This document shows positions 46,672-55,160 of a stretch of 64,000 nt of DNA, in pieces. Below the pieces are notes generated by a model. That model was not told where the DNA came from. It saw only the letters and a program-made list of their open reading frames with translations, and ran no database searches. The stretch's first letter is position 1; every line of letters starts with the position of its first letter. The position numbers and the translations under genes are program-made. The stretch lies in IMG/VR virus record IMGVR_UViG_3300009430_000004, positions 154,089-218,088 of that record, one strand, 5' to 3'.

Positions 46672-48342
46672 ATGAAAGACTTTATAAAATCGTATAAAAA
46701 CCCTAACGAGAGCCGAATAAATTTCGGACTCATGAATCGAGAATACGATGATGATTTAATCCAGTATCTCGTGAATAGTTGTAAATCCCTTGAGGTTCTA
46801 AAGAATATCAAGTTTCTAGGTTATGATTATACTGATGATGAAACTAAGATAGACCTCAATGATTACATGACAACTCGTAAAAAGAGTAAGAAAAAGGTTG
46901 ATACGAAGTATATGTATCTACAAGATAGTAGATACGGGGAGCTGAAGTTAAAATTCATGCTCAAATGTAAGGATGAAACATTCCAATTAACAAAGAAACT
47001 TCTAGTCCCAGTTCCAGATGAAAATGGATACTATACAATAAAGGGAAAGAAGTATTTCTTATTATATCAGCTTGTCGATGCGTCGACATACACAACACGA
47101 CAAAACCTAACTCTGAAATCTCTTATGCCTATAACGGAAAAGAGAAATCAGAAAACCTATTCAGATACAGAAGGAAATAGCTATACTGCTCCAGCGTATG
47201 TGATATATGTATTCAGAAAAGAAGTAGACATTTTACTGTTTTATTTCGCAAAGATAGGTGTTAAGAAAACCTTAGATTACTTCTCAGTGAGTCAAATAAT
47301 TAAATTCAGAGAAGATATCGTAGACAAGGAAAACAACATCTATTTTTCGATCAATAGCAAAATGGTGCTAGAAGTAAATCGTTACTTCTTTTTGAAGTAT
47401 CAATACGTGCAGAGTATAATATTCATGATTCTAAACATTTGCTCGAATAGATTGTCATTTGATAATCTTGAGAACAAAACGTACTGGATAGAGAAAATAG
47501 GTAGCATGAATGCTACAAATGCTTATAATTATTATGAGAAAGGTTTAAGCAGTTTAACTTATTTTGATAGACTGCTGGATGAAACCACAAAGGATATTCT
47601 CAAGTTACATGATGAGAACAAGAGAAGTATCTATGCAATCGTAAGATGGATGATTCAGAACTTCAATGAGCTAAGAAAGAAAGATAATCTGGCTCTTGAA
47701 AATAAACGACTAAGATGTAATGAATATATTGCATCACTATTAACTAAAGCATTTAGTGATAGACTTAATCGTATAATAGGTTTGGGAAATAAGATATCTA
47801 TAGACAAGATAAAAGAGATATTCAAATTCCCTGGCGATATCATTATGCAACACCTATATAAGTCTGGATTGCTACGTTATGATGACAAGATTAACGACAT
47901 GGACTTCTTTAGTAAGTTCAGATATACTTTAAAGGGACCTAATAGTTTAGGTAATAAGAATGATAATAATATCTCCATAAAGTATAGGGGAATCCATCCT
48001 TCTTATATAGGAAGGATTGACATAAACGTTTGCGGTAATTCAGACCCAGGAACATCTGGTGTTATAACACCATTTTGTGAAACAGATGGGTTGTATTTTG
48101 ACGGAAAGAATGAACCAGAAGAGTTTAAATACAATTTTGAGAAAGATATTATTGACCGTAAGAGAGAGACTTCAGATAAGTATTTCATTGATGTTGGATA
48201 TGAAAACATAACAGACTACTTCAATGTCCATGAAAGATTCGCTAAGGTCAATAGAGGTATAACAATCACAGAGATTGAAAAGGAAGACTTTACTAAATAC
48301 TTTATTAAAATTAATATCAATGATGGGGATGATGAGATATAA
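46672..48342 (+). CDS. RNA polymerase beta N-terminal half, probably non-virion RNAP
   Basis: YTIKGKKYFLLYQL, SKFRYTLKGP, RGIHPSYIGRIDI..GNSDPG match beta fork/Rif regions; start moved to ATG 46672. Confidence 0.85.
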   Translation: MKDFIKSYKNPNESRINFGLMNREYDDDLIQYLVNSCKSLEVLKNIKFLGYDYTDDETKIDLNDYMTTRKKSKKKVDTKYMYLQDSRYGELKLKFMLKCKDETFQLTKKLLVPVPDENGYYTIKGKKYFLLYQLVDASTYTTRQNLTLKSLMPITEKRNQKTYSDTEGNSYTAPAYVIYVFRKEVDILLFYFAKIGVKKTLDYFSVSQIIKFREDIVDKENNIYFSINSKMVLEVNRYFFLKYQYVQSIIFMILNICSNRLSFDNLENKTYWIEKIGSMNATNAYNYYEKGLSSLTYFDRLLDETTKDILKLHDENKRSIYAIVRWMIQNFNELRKKDNLALENKRLRCNEYIASLLTKAFSDRLNRIIGLGNKISIDKIKEIFKFPGDIIMQHLYKSGLLRYDDKINDMDFFSKFRYTLKGPNSLGNKNDNNISIKYRGIHPSYIGRIDINVCGNSDPGTSGVITPFCETDGLYFDGKNEPEEFKYNFEKDIIDRKRETSDKYFIDVGYENITDYFNVHERFAKVNRGITITEIEKEDFTKYFIKININDGDDEI

Positions 48343-48369
48343 TAGGGAAACCTATTATATCTTATTATT

Positions 48370-48768
48370 TTGGAGGATGGAATAATGATAAAGACTTCTT
48401 ATTTTGCTAAGTTCAATGGAGATAATGGAGTCTCTATAGCAACTAATACACCTTGGTGGTTTAAAGGAGAAATATATCCTGAATTGGCTCCACCTAAGTG
48501 GTTGATGGTTAAATATAATAAGAAAGAAATAACTGACGAAGATTATGAAGCTTTATATAATTATCATGTGCTCAGAAAACTCATGCCATTGAAGGTTTAT
48601 AATGACCTCAATGAAAAGGTGTTACTCGGGTATAAAGAATCGGGACAGTTTTGTCATAGAAGGGTTGTTGCAAGATGGTTGAAAAAACGTCTTGGAGTTA
48701 CAATAAAAGAAATTGATTACCCAGAGGAAGGTGATAAGGATGACGATGAAGTATCACGGGAAGCATAA
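48370..48768 (+). CDS. DUF488-like protein
   Basis: IKTSYF..GVSIA..P, ELAP, FCHRR.VA.WL. Confidence 0.7.
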   Translation: MEDGIMIKTSYFAKFNGDNGVSIATNTPWWFKGEIYPELAPPKWLMVKYNKKEITDEDYEALYNYHVLRKLMPLKVYNDLNEKVLLGYKESGQFCHRRVVARWLKKRLGVTIKEIDYPEEGDKDDDEVSREA

Positions 48769-48979
48769 AGCAAACCCTATAAATCCGTATACTAAGCCAA
48801 ATAGGAAAGTTCATTTCTGGACATGTGAAGATTGCGGTTCGATACATTGGAGCACAGATAAGGAAGAACCTAATTGTTCTTGTAAGACCAGACATGAGCC
48901 AGTCCCAATATTGGCAATGGGTAAATGTGCAGTCAAGTTTTGGAAGAAATTAATGAGTTTAATAAAATACTATCCATAG
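48713..48979 (+). CDS. Small Zn-ribbon protein
   Basis: WTCEDCGS...CSC. Confidence 0.5.
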   Translation: MITQRKVIRMTMKYHGKHKANPINPYTKPNRKVHFWTCEDCGSIHWSTDKEEPNCSCKTRHEPVPILAMGKCAVKFWKKLMSLIKYYP

Positions 48980-49173
48980 AAGGTGAATTTATGGCTAAAT
49001 CAAGATTACGACAACTTGAAGATTTCAAAGCTGACTTAGAAATCGTATTTAGTTTGTTAGAAGACGATTTTAAGGAAGCTAACCAAACTATAAATGGAAT
49101 GATGGCTGTTGACCAATTCAACCATTTATATAAAACACTCTGTAGTGAGATTGATAGAGAGAAAAACAAATAA
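48925..49173 (+). CDS. Hypothetical protein
   Basis: True start probably ATG 48991 after GAAGGTG. Confidence 0.5.
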   Translation: MCSQVLEEINEFNKILSIEGEFMAKSRLRQLEDFKADLEIVFSLLEDDFKEANQTINGMMAVDQFNHLYKTLCSEIDREKNK

Positions 49174-49184
49174 TAAATAAGGGG

Positions 49185-49670
49185 ATGGGAATCTTGTTCA
49201 ACAATCCAAGGAAAATAAAAATTGAATTCAAAGAACAAATCACACGCACTCAAAATTTATTTGGTTCTATAGAAGAGCTAAAGAGTGCTGATTTATATCT
49301 GGTTGAAAGAAACCCGAATGGACATTGTTTATGTGTCTGTAAACCAAAGGACAGAGGTGAATATTTAGTAGATATACACAATGAAGATATCAAATCAATC
49401 TATGTGAGTCCTATACCAGCAGACCCAATGGCTGCTGCTATGGCTATGATGCAAGCTATAATAAATAAGGATAAGCCAGGCTGTGAATATTGTGATGAAT
49501 GTGAACATATATTTCCAACTGAGTCACAGCAGGAAATTCTTAGGAGAACAGGATATAGTAATATTCCTGACCATATGTGTTCATTAAGTCAGAAAAAGAT
49601 AATTCATAATGGGCAACATCCAAGACTACCGAAGCCTAGTGACTGTCCACTAAAAGGAGGAATGATTTAA
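49185..49670 (+). CDS. Hypothetical protein with Cys-rich C-terminus
   Basis: CEYCDECEH...C...P.DCPL. Confidence 0.6.
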   Translation: MGILFNNPRKIKIEFKEQITRTQNLFGSIEELKSADLYLVERNPNGHCLCVCKPKDRGEYLVDIHNEDIKSIYVSPIPADPMAAAMAMMQAIINKDKPGCEYCDECEHIFPTESQQEILRRTGYSNIPDHMCSLSQKKIIHNGQHPRLPKPSDCPLKGGMI

Positions 49671-49966
49671 TGGTTTATGTACCTTTTGTAATGCCATTCT
49701 TTAGGAAAAAAGAAGAGTCTAAACCATCAGGTTTTCCTTCGAAAGGTGAGGGGAGGTTTGAACCGTATTTAATGAAAGTAATTGTTAGAAATAGCCACGG
49801 CAAAAGATTCGGTACTGTAATAAGGCTAAATCTAATTGATGAATTACCTAAGAAATTAGAGCATATAGGTTTCTATAAGATTGAAGAAACTCATATACTG
49901 GATTCATTTGAGACTATGGTATATGAAGAACAAAATAAATTAGTGAAAGAGGGTAAAGAAATATGA
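49670..49966 (+). CDS. Hypothetical protein
   Basis: AAGGAGG RBS, TAATG coupling. Confidence 0.6.
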   Translation: MVYVPFVMPFFRKKEESKPSGFPSKGEGRFEPYLMKVIVRNSHGKRFGTVIRLNLIDELPKKLEHIGFYKIEETHILDSFETMVYEEQNKLVKEGKEI

Positions 49967-50205
49967 CAATCAGGGAAAAAATGGAACAAATGTTATTTGA
50001 GCACGGAATGTTTGAATCACAGGCTAAAGAGGTAATGGATAAAGTTGAGAAGGAAGAGGTTGAAATGAAAGGTAGATGGGACGATGAAGAAACTGATTAT
50101 CCAACACCTATGATTAATGTCGCATGGATTGCTGTTAAGCATCATGCTCTTGAATGGATAGATGCTAATTTACCTAAAGCTTGGTATCGACCAATGTTCC
50201 TATAA
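49963..50205 (+). CDS. Hypothetical protein
   Basis: ATGA overlap, 80 aa. Confidence 0.6.
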   Translation: MTIREKMEQMLFEHGMFESQAKEVMDKVEKEEVEMKGRWDDEETDYPTPMINVAWIAVKHHALEWIDANLPKAWYRPMFL

Positions 50206-50228
50206 TGATAAAATATAAAAAATAATTT

Positions 50229-50272
50229 AATATGAAACTTATCTTTAAGAGAGATAAGTTTCATATTTTTTT
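50229..50272 (+). terminator. Terminator containing AACT-N6-TA
   Basis: AATATGAAACTTATCT / AGATAAGTTTCATATT. Confidence 0.7.
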
Positions 50273-50289
50273 AAAGTGGTGGTGATGCG

Positions 50290-51075
50290 ATGCTTGACAT
50301 AGATATAGACAAAATAAGCAGAACGTTAATTCAACCTATTAAAGAATTAACACTAAAAATACACATAAAATTATTACAAGAGAAGGAAGGGCGTAAAGAA
50401 AACTTCCATCATTTATTTAACTTTGACGGTAATAAATACCTCAAGTTAGACTTACAGTCATTTCTCACATTAGAGATGAATGACGGGGAGTGGGCTAGAG
50501 ATAAGTCCATACTGATAGATCAAAAGAATATCTATCACATAATAAAAGGCTTTGAGACTATGATTGAGTCAATATATAACGGCGGAGTGTTTGCAGTTAA
50601 TAAAAGCGGAGAGGTTGTTATATTTTCGGACAAGATTCAAGAGCATACAGTAAAGCTATTTAATATAGGTAATAATCAGAAATTAATTCTGAAACCTGCT
50701 AAGATATTTGATGAGAACGAAGTATCATATGAAGGTGTAGTTATATTCTTTAATAAAACAGACAACTTTGTACAACTACCAATAGATGCGTTCGAGTCAT
50801 TATATTATACATTAAAACAAACCAATATATTTGTTTACTCTCAGCTTCTATTAAATTATTATATGTCATGTATTAAGGATGAGAAGATAGAGTTGAAAGA
50901 AGTTGTTAGCAAGAGTCAGGCTAAGACTCCTAAGAAGCAACATCCGTTATTTGTAGAACAAAAAGAGGAGGTTAAATCTAGTGTATTTAAGAAGGACTCA
51001 GATGAAGAGTTTTTCAACTTTAATAATGGAGGTAATAAAGATGCTGGGGTTCAACAAGAAGAGAAACCAGAATGA
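50290..51075 (+). CDS. Hypothetical protein with acidic tail (nucleic-acid binding suspected)
   Basis: 261 aa beta-rich core, DSDEEFF tail; AACT-N6-TA motif upstream. Confidence 0.6.
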   Translation: MLDIDIDKISRTLIQPIKELTLKIHIKLLQEKEGRKENFHHLFNFDGNKYLKLDLQSFLTLEMNDGEWARDKSILIDQKNIYHIIKGFETMIESIYNGGVFAVNKSGEVVIFSDKIQEHTVKLFNIGNNQKLILKPAKIFDENEVSYEGVVIFFNKTDNFVQLPIDAFESLYYTLKQTNIFVYSQLLLNYYMSCIKDEKIELKEVVSKSQAKTPKKQHPLFVEQKEEVKSSVFKKDSDEEFFNFNNGGNKDAGVQQEEKPE

Positions 51076-51280
51076 TGATGAGAAGCTCTGCACAGCAGAG
51101 TTTCTTATAACTCGGTATGAGAATTCAGAAATTGTCAAAGTGCCTATTGATGTTACTTTTGACATGGTAGAAGGAGATGATGATGAAAACTTTAAAAGAG
51201 CTTATAGGTCACTTGTAGCTTCAGATAGCTTAAGAAAGGGTGACCATATGGTAGAATTAATACGAATATATACTAAGTAA
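51041..51280 (+). CDS. Hypothetical protein
   Basis: Start moved to ATG 51041 after GGAGGT. Confidence 0.55.
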   Translation: MLGFNKKRNQNDDEKLCTAEFLITRYENSEIVKVPIDVTFDMVEGDDDENFKRAYRSLVASDSLRKGDHMVELIRIYTK

Positions 51281-51287
51281 AGGAGAG

Positions 51288-51644
51288 ATGACAATGGAAA
51301 GTAATGAATTAGTAAAATTATTTAATGAGAAGGTAGATTACCTTCTAAAGAATTCAGATTTAATGACAGTTAAAGACCATGACATCGTCGTTAAGATAGA
51401 TGGAAAAGGTGAGACTGCAACAGCTCGAAAACTAAAAGAGAAATTTATAGTCAGCACAATTAGTGAATCAATATTTATTGTCGCTAATTATGAGGTTAAT
51501 AATGACCCTAATAAATGCGATTTAATAATGACTATATCAAATTCAGGTCACACATTTGTTGCCAATATAGGCGAGTATCTTAACGCTAAGCTATTATTGG
51601 CTAAATTGCTGGATAAGGTAGAGTTGAAAAACAGAAACCTATAA
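51288..51644 (+). CDS. Hypothetical protein
   Basis: 118 aa, AAGGAG RBS. Confidence 0.6.
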   Translation: MTMESNELVKLFNEKVDYLLKNSDLMTVKDHDIVVKIDGKGETATARKLKEKFIVSTISESIFIVANYEVNNDPNKCDLIMTISNSGHTFVANIGEYLNAKLLLAKLLDKVELKNRNL

Positions 51645-51655
51645 TGCAAATTGTT

Positions 51656-51674
51656 TATATATTATATATTGGTA
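51656..51674 (+). promoter_or_regulatory. Early promoter
   Basis: TATATATTAT ATATTG GTA. Confidence 0.65.
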
Positions 51675-51690
51675 ATAATTTTGTAGAGGG

Positions 51691-52350
51691 GTGATTTGCA
51701 TGAATATAGGTGTATATACAGGAAGGCTCGTTCTCATAATGGGAGATGAGTTCTGTGAAGTTGAGCTATATCGTGAGGGGAAGAAGCTCAAAAAGGGTCT
51801 AGGGTATATAAAAGGCTCTATAGTTTATATCTATAGAGGGAAGATGGAGAAATTCAAGAAATCTGAATTGGTAGCTGGAATATATCTGGACAGGAATGAT
51901 AATTACGTATTCGTGGAACCAACAAGAGATGAAGCTATTAAATACAGCATAGATAATATATCTGAGCTAGATATAGACAAAATCTTTAATGAAGTTGGTG
52001 AAAATGAAGATGATTTTGTTCAGCCAGAAGACATCGAGATTATAAATAACAATTCGGAAGTTTATATTCCGACAATTAAGGATGATGATGACTTTTTAAA
52101 GTATATTGTCAAGAAAGTCATAATCGACAAAAAGATTAATCTGAAAAACTATAAAGATAAGTTCACAAGCCAGTATGACCTCAACAATATGAAATCAGGG
52201 TTAAATAAAGATACCAAGATGACTGTACCTAACTTTAAGAAGTGGTGTGAGGCTCTTGGTATCACTTGGGAAATGAGGATATTTGATGCTGGCGTGGATA
52301 AGTTGAATCCATTACCCGATGATATATTTATAGAAAGTGACAATTTTTAG
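51691..52350 (+). CDS. Protein with putative C-terminal XRE-like HTH
   Basis: MTVPNFKKWCEALGITWEMRI pattern; early motif upstream. Confidence 0.5.
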   Translation: MICMNIGVYTGRLVLIMGDEFCEVELYREGKKLKKGLGYIKGSIVYIYRGKMEKFKKSELVAGIYLDRNDNYVFVEPTRDEAIKYSIDNISELDIDKIFNEVGENEDDFVQPEDIEIINNNSEVYIPTIKDDDDFLKYIVKKVIIDKKINLKNYKDKFTSQYDLNNMKSGLNKDTKMTVPNFKKWCEALGITWEMRIFDAGVDKLNPLPDDIFIESDNF

Positions 52351-52370
52351 GAGGGGTGGTTAATCCGCCC

Positions 52371-52394
52371 CTCCCATATATATATATATGGGAG
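52371..52394. repeat. 24-bp perfect palindrome CTCCC(AT)7GGGAG
   Basis: Direct reading; overlaps an upstream hairpin and the downstream RBS. Confidence 0.85.
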
Positions 52395-52756
52395 ATGGGA
52401 AAATGAATGATATTAAGATAAAATTAACTAGAGATCAATTGAATAATATTATAAAATTTCTAAATACTATTATGCAGAATGATATAACATCATTCTACTT
52501 ATATCTGGATATAACACCAGATAATCCACCTACACAAGAACAGTTGGACAAACTGTATGAGTGTATTGAACGAACAGTTAAGATTTATTATCCCGAAAAT
52601 ATTTTTTCTAAATTTGAGGTTGTGTACTTAGAGCAAGGAGTTAGTGTAGATTATGATATAGATACTCCGAAGCTTGAGGCATTCCTTTCGAGGGATATTA
52701 ATAATACAAGGAAAATTTCTGATCCTAATTACTCAGCGAGTAATATACTACAATAA
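52388..52756 (+). CDS. Hypothetical protein
   Basis: 122 aa. Confidence 0.55.
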   Translation: MGDGKMNDIKIKLTRDQLNNIIKFLNTIMQNDITSFYLYLDITPDNPPTQEQLDKLYECIERTVKIYYPENIFSKFEVVYLEQGVSVDYDIDTPKLEAFLSRDINNTRKISDPNYSASNILQ

Positions 52757-52769
52757 GGGGGGTTTAATA

Positions 52770-53108
52770 ATGGAAAATCAAATTAAACAACAAGACGACA
52801 CAATACATGCAAATTTGTCTGAAAATGCATCAATTACCTTTCACATGGGGAACCCACATGTGGTCATGACTATATCTGCTGAGGGAATAATTTCCTTTCC
52901 AGATTCAATCAAGGAAGCTAATGCAGATGAGATTGCAAAGCAGGTTATAACCTTATTAGAGGATAATACTGCAACTAAAGTCGCTAATCTAAAGCAAATA
53001 CTTAGAAGTGTGGATGGAAGAAAATTTGCTGATTATGGGACAATGAATTTTGTGAAAGCTGTGTTATTTGACAAAATTTATAATTTATATATTGGGGATG
53101 GTAAGTAA
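52770..53108 (+). CDS. Hypothetical protein
   Basis: Start moved to ATG 52770 after AAGGGGGG. Confidence 0.55.
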   Translation: MENQIKQQDDTIHANLSENASITFHMGNPHVVMTISAEGIISFPDSIKEANADEIAKQVITLLEDNTATKVANLKQILRSVDGRKFADYGTMNFVKAVLFDKIYNLYIGDGK

Positions 53109-53109
53109 T

Positions 53110-53913
53110 ATGGAGCGTTTAACATTTTTCGGAACAGGGTGTTTTAATAATACCAAACTTGGAAATAACAGTGGTTTCTTTATGGTAGAAGATAATTTAT
53201 TTATCATTGACTGCGGAGAGACAGTTTTTCATAGTATACTAAAATCAGGCGTTCTTAAATATGCCAAGGACATTACGGTTATGGTAACACATGGACATGG
53301 AGACCATGTAGGTAGCTTCACATCATTTGCTTTCCATGTGTTCTATTTCATGAATAAAAAGGTTACATTGGTTACAAATAATCAGGACGATATTGTTGGG
53401 GTGTTTAACAGACAGATGGGTAACATAACAAAGTATGTTAAGCTAAAGAGTACCAACAAAGATGGCTCAGTTTCTTTTAATATTGGATGTACTGATGTGA
53501 ATATACAGTATGTAAAAGTTGACCATGTTGACTACTTAAAGAGTTATGGACTAATAGTAAATATTAATAATCCTTTATCAGGAAAGGATAGTTTCTATTA
53601 TAGTGGTGATAGTAGCGATATTAAGCCATTTATATTAAGAAAGTTTGAAAGGGGAGAAATAGAATATATTTATCAAGACGTTACATTTAAGGAATATGAA
53701 AATCAACCTCATATGTCAGTATATAAGTTGATGGAAAAAATTCCTGCTGAAAAGAGAGATAAAGTATTCTGTATGCATTTAGATCCTGATTTTGATATTC
53801 AGATTGCAATGAATCTTGGATTCTCTATACCTCCCCGTACTACAGAAGGAGGCGTTATAAGATGTCAAAGTATATCAGGACAGATTTTAGAAACCATCCT
53901 ATACTATTCGTAG
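53110..53913 (+). CDS. MBL-fold phosphodiesterase (Apyc1/RNase Z-like)
   Basis: GTG, NNS, IDCG, THGHGDH, HV..SY, YSGD, QD, H, MH metal-ligand series. Confidence 0.8.
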   Translation: MERLTFFGTGCFNNTKLGNNSGFFMVEDNLFIIDCGETVFHSILKSGVLKYAKDITVMVTHGHGDHVGSFTSFAFHVFYFMNKKVTLVTNNQDDIVGVFNRQMGNITKYVKLKSTNKDGSVSFNIGCTDVNIQYVKVDHVDYLKSYGLIVNINNPLSGKDSFYYSGDSSDIKPFILRKFERGEIEYIYQDVTFKEYENQPHMSVYKLMEKIPAEKRDKVFCMHLDPDFDIQIAMNLGFSIPPRTTEGGVIRCQSISGQILETILYYS

Positions 53914-54449
53914 ATAGGAGATTGTCTAAAGAGGAGAAAAAACCAGGTTTATACTATTATGCTATAAGACACGATGATGAACAGTGGCTTCCTGCAACAA
54001 TAGAAGAAGCTGTTCTCGTCAATCACTATGGGACAATCATCAGTAAAGAAAAGCTAGATTTAGATGTTCCTGAGTGGAGAGGTGGATATTATATCAACCT
54101 CAGTGAAGAAGAATCAGATGAATTTCTATATGTCAACAAGTTGGTGACATTGGATGAATATTTGGAGGAAGTTGGCTACGGTGTTAAGTGCAGAGTGTTT
54201 CTAGGTATACCATCAATACGAATTCATGGGAAAGAATATAAGGTAAGTATTTTTGATAGAAAAGGTTATTTCAACAAAGGTACTGCCTATATTTTTAATG
54301 ATTGGGTTTTACCATATAAAGGGACTTTACAAGAAACTGTAGGGAAATACTTGGAGCCAGGGGTTTATAAACATCATGAACATATCTTCCTTCTCTTTCC
54401 AATTTATGATGAGGAACATGTTTATAATATTGGGAATCTGGAGGAATGA
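53862..54449 (+). CDS. LPD28-like domain protein
   Basis: LFVDRR..GLYYYAIR.DD...PATIE..VLVNHYGTII motif. Confidence 0.65.
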   Translation: MSKYIRTDFRNHPILFVDRRLSKEEKKPGLYYYAIRHDDEQWLPATIEEAVLVNHYGTIISKEKLDLDVPEWRGGYYINLSEEESDEFLYVNKLVTLDEYLEEVGYGVKCRVFLGIPSIRIHGKEYKVSIFDRKGYFNKGTAYIFNDWVLPYKGTLQETVGKYLEPGVYKHHEHIFLLFPIYDEEHVYNIGNLEE

Positions 54450-54727
54450 TTATTATGGCAAGGTGGATGAAGGGGGTACTCCTTCACACTGACGTAGGTG
54501 TGAAGTTGTTGTGCTTAAAGGGAAATGGTAGACCTTGGACTAAAGAAGAGTGTTTCAGATATTGCAATTTAAGACAAGACGAGTTTGACAATAAAGTGAG
54601 GTCTAACAGATTAGTATTAAAGGCATCATTGATAGATGCGACAAATAAAAAAGGTCGGGACTGGTATAAAGATGAGAATAACTTTAAAGAAGTATCAGTA
54701 TCTATCGACTATAACAGAATGCGGTAA
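54446..54727 (+). CDS. Hypothetical protein
   Basis: 93 aa, GGAGG RBS. Confidence 0.55.
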   Translation: MIIMARWMKGVLLHTDVGVKLLCLKGNGRPWTKEECFRYCNLRQDEFDNKVRSNRLVLKASLIDATNKKGRDWYKDENNFKEVSVSIDYNRMR

Positions 54728-54740
54728 CGAGTGTTTTTTA

Positions 54741-54778
54741 ATTCCTATTACAACAAGATTGTAATAGGAATATTTTTT
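54741..54778 (+). terminator. Terminator containing late promoter
   Basis: TTCCTATTACA / TGTAATAGGAA. Confidence 0.7.
54752..54763 (+). promoter_or_regulatory. Late-type promoter inside terminator hairpin
   Basis: AACA AGATTG TA. Confidence 0.55.
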
Positions 54779-54803
54779 ATATTTTTTTAGGAGGTATTTT
54801 ATA

Positions 54804-55130
54804 ATGAATAAAAAAGAAGGAATAACAAAGATATTTAATGATTATGTAGAAAAAGGAGGTTGTGTGATGGATTTAATACCAAAGATTGAAGCTTTATACA
54901 ACGATGATGACATAACATTCAAGATTACTAATATAATAAAAGAAAAAACTATGTTCGGTTCAACAACTATAGAAGCCGAGTGTGTTCAGGATGGGGTAAC
55001 TGTTATAGTTACAATGCCGTATGATGTGGCTAATGATAATAAAAAGATAAAAGAGGTTTTGAAGCAGGCATATATGGCAAAACCTAAGCTCACTGAACAA
55101 GAAACTCTTAATGTAGGAGATATACTCTAA
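54804..55130 (+). CDS. Hypothetical protein
   Basis: 108 aa, AGGAGG RBS. Confidence 0.6.
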   Translation: MNKKEGITKIFNDYVEKGGCVMDLIPKIEALYNDDDITFKITNIIKEKTMFGSTTIEAECVQDGVTVIVTMPYDVANDNKKIKEVLKQAYMAKPKLTEQETLNVGDIL

Positions 55131-55160
55131 TACTATCAATCCGAGGATTGGGGTGAAAAG

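Noticed and set aside
20805-48342. Introns or inteins in topoisomerase, RecA, RNAP or ligase genes
   Set aside because: Frames are continuous, with no C/S...HN intein termini or homing endonuclease motifs; the GyrB insert lacks splicing motifs.
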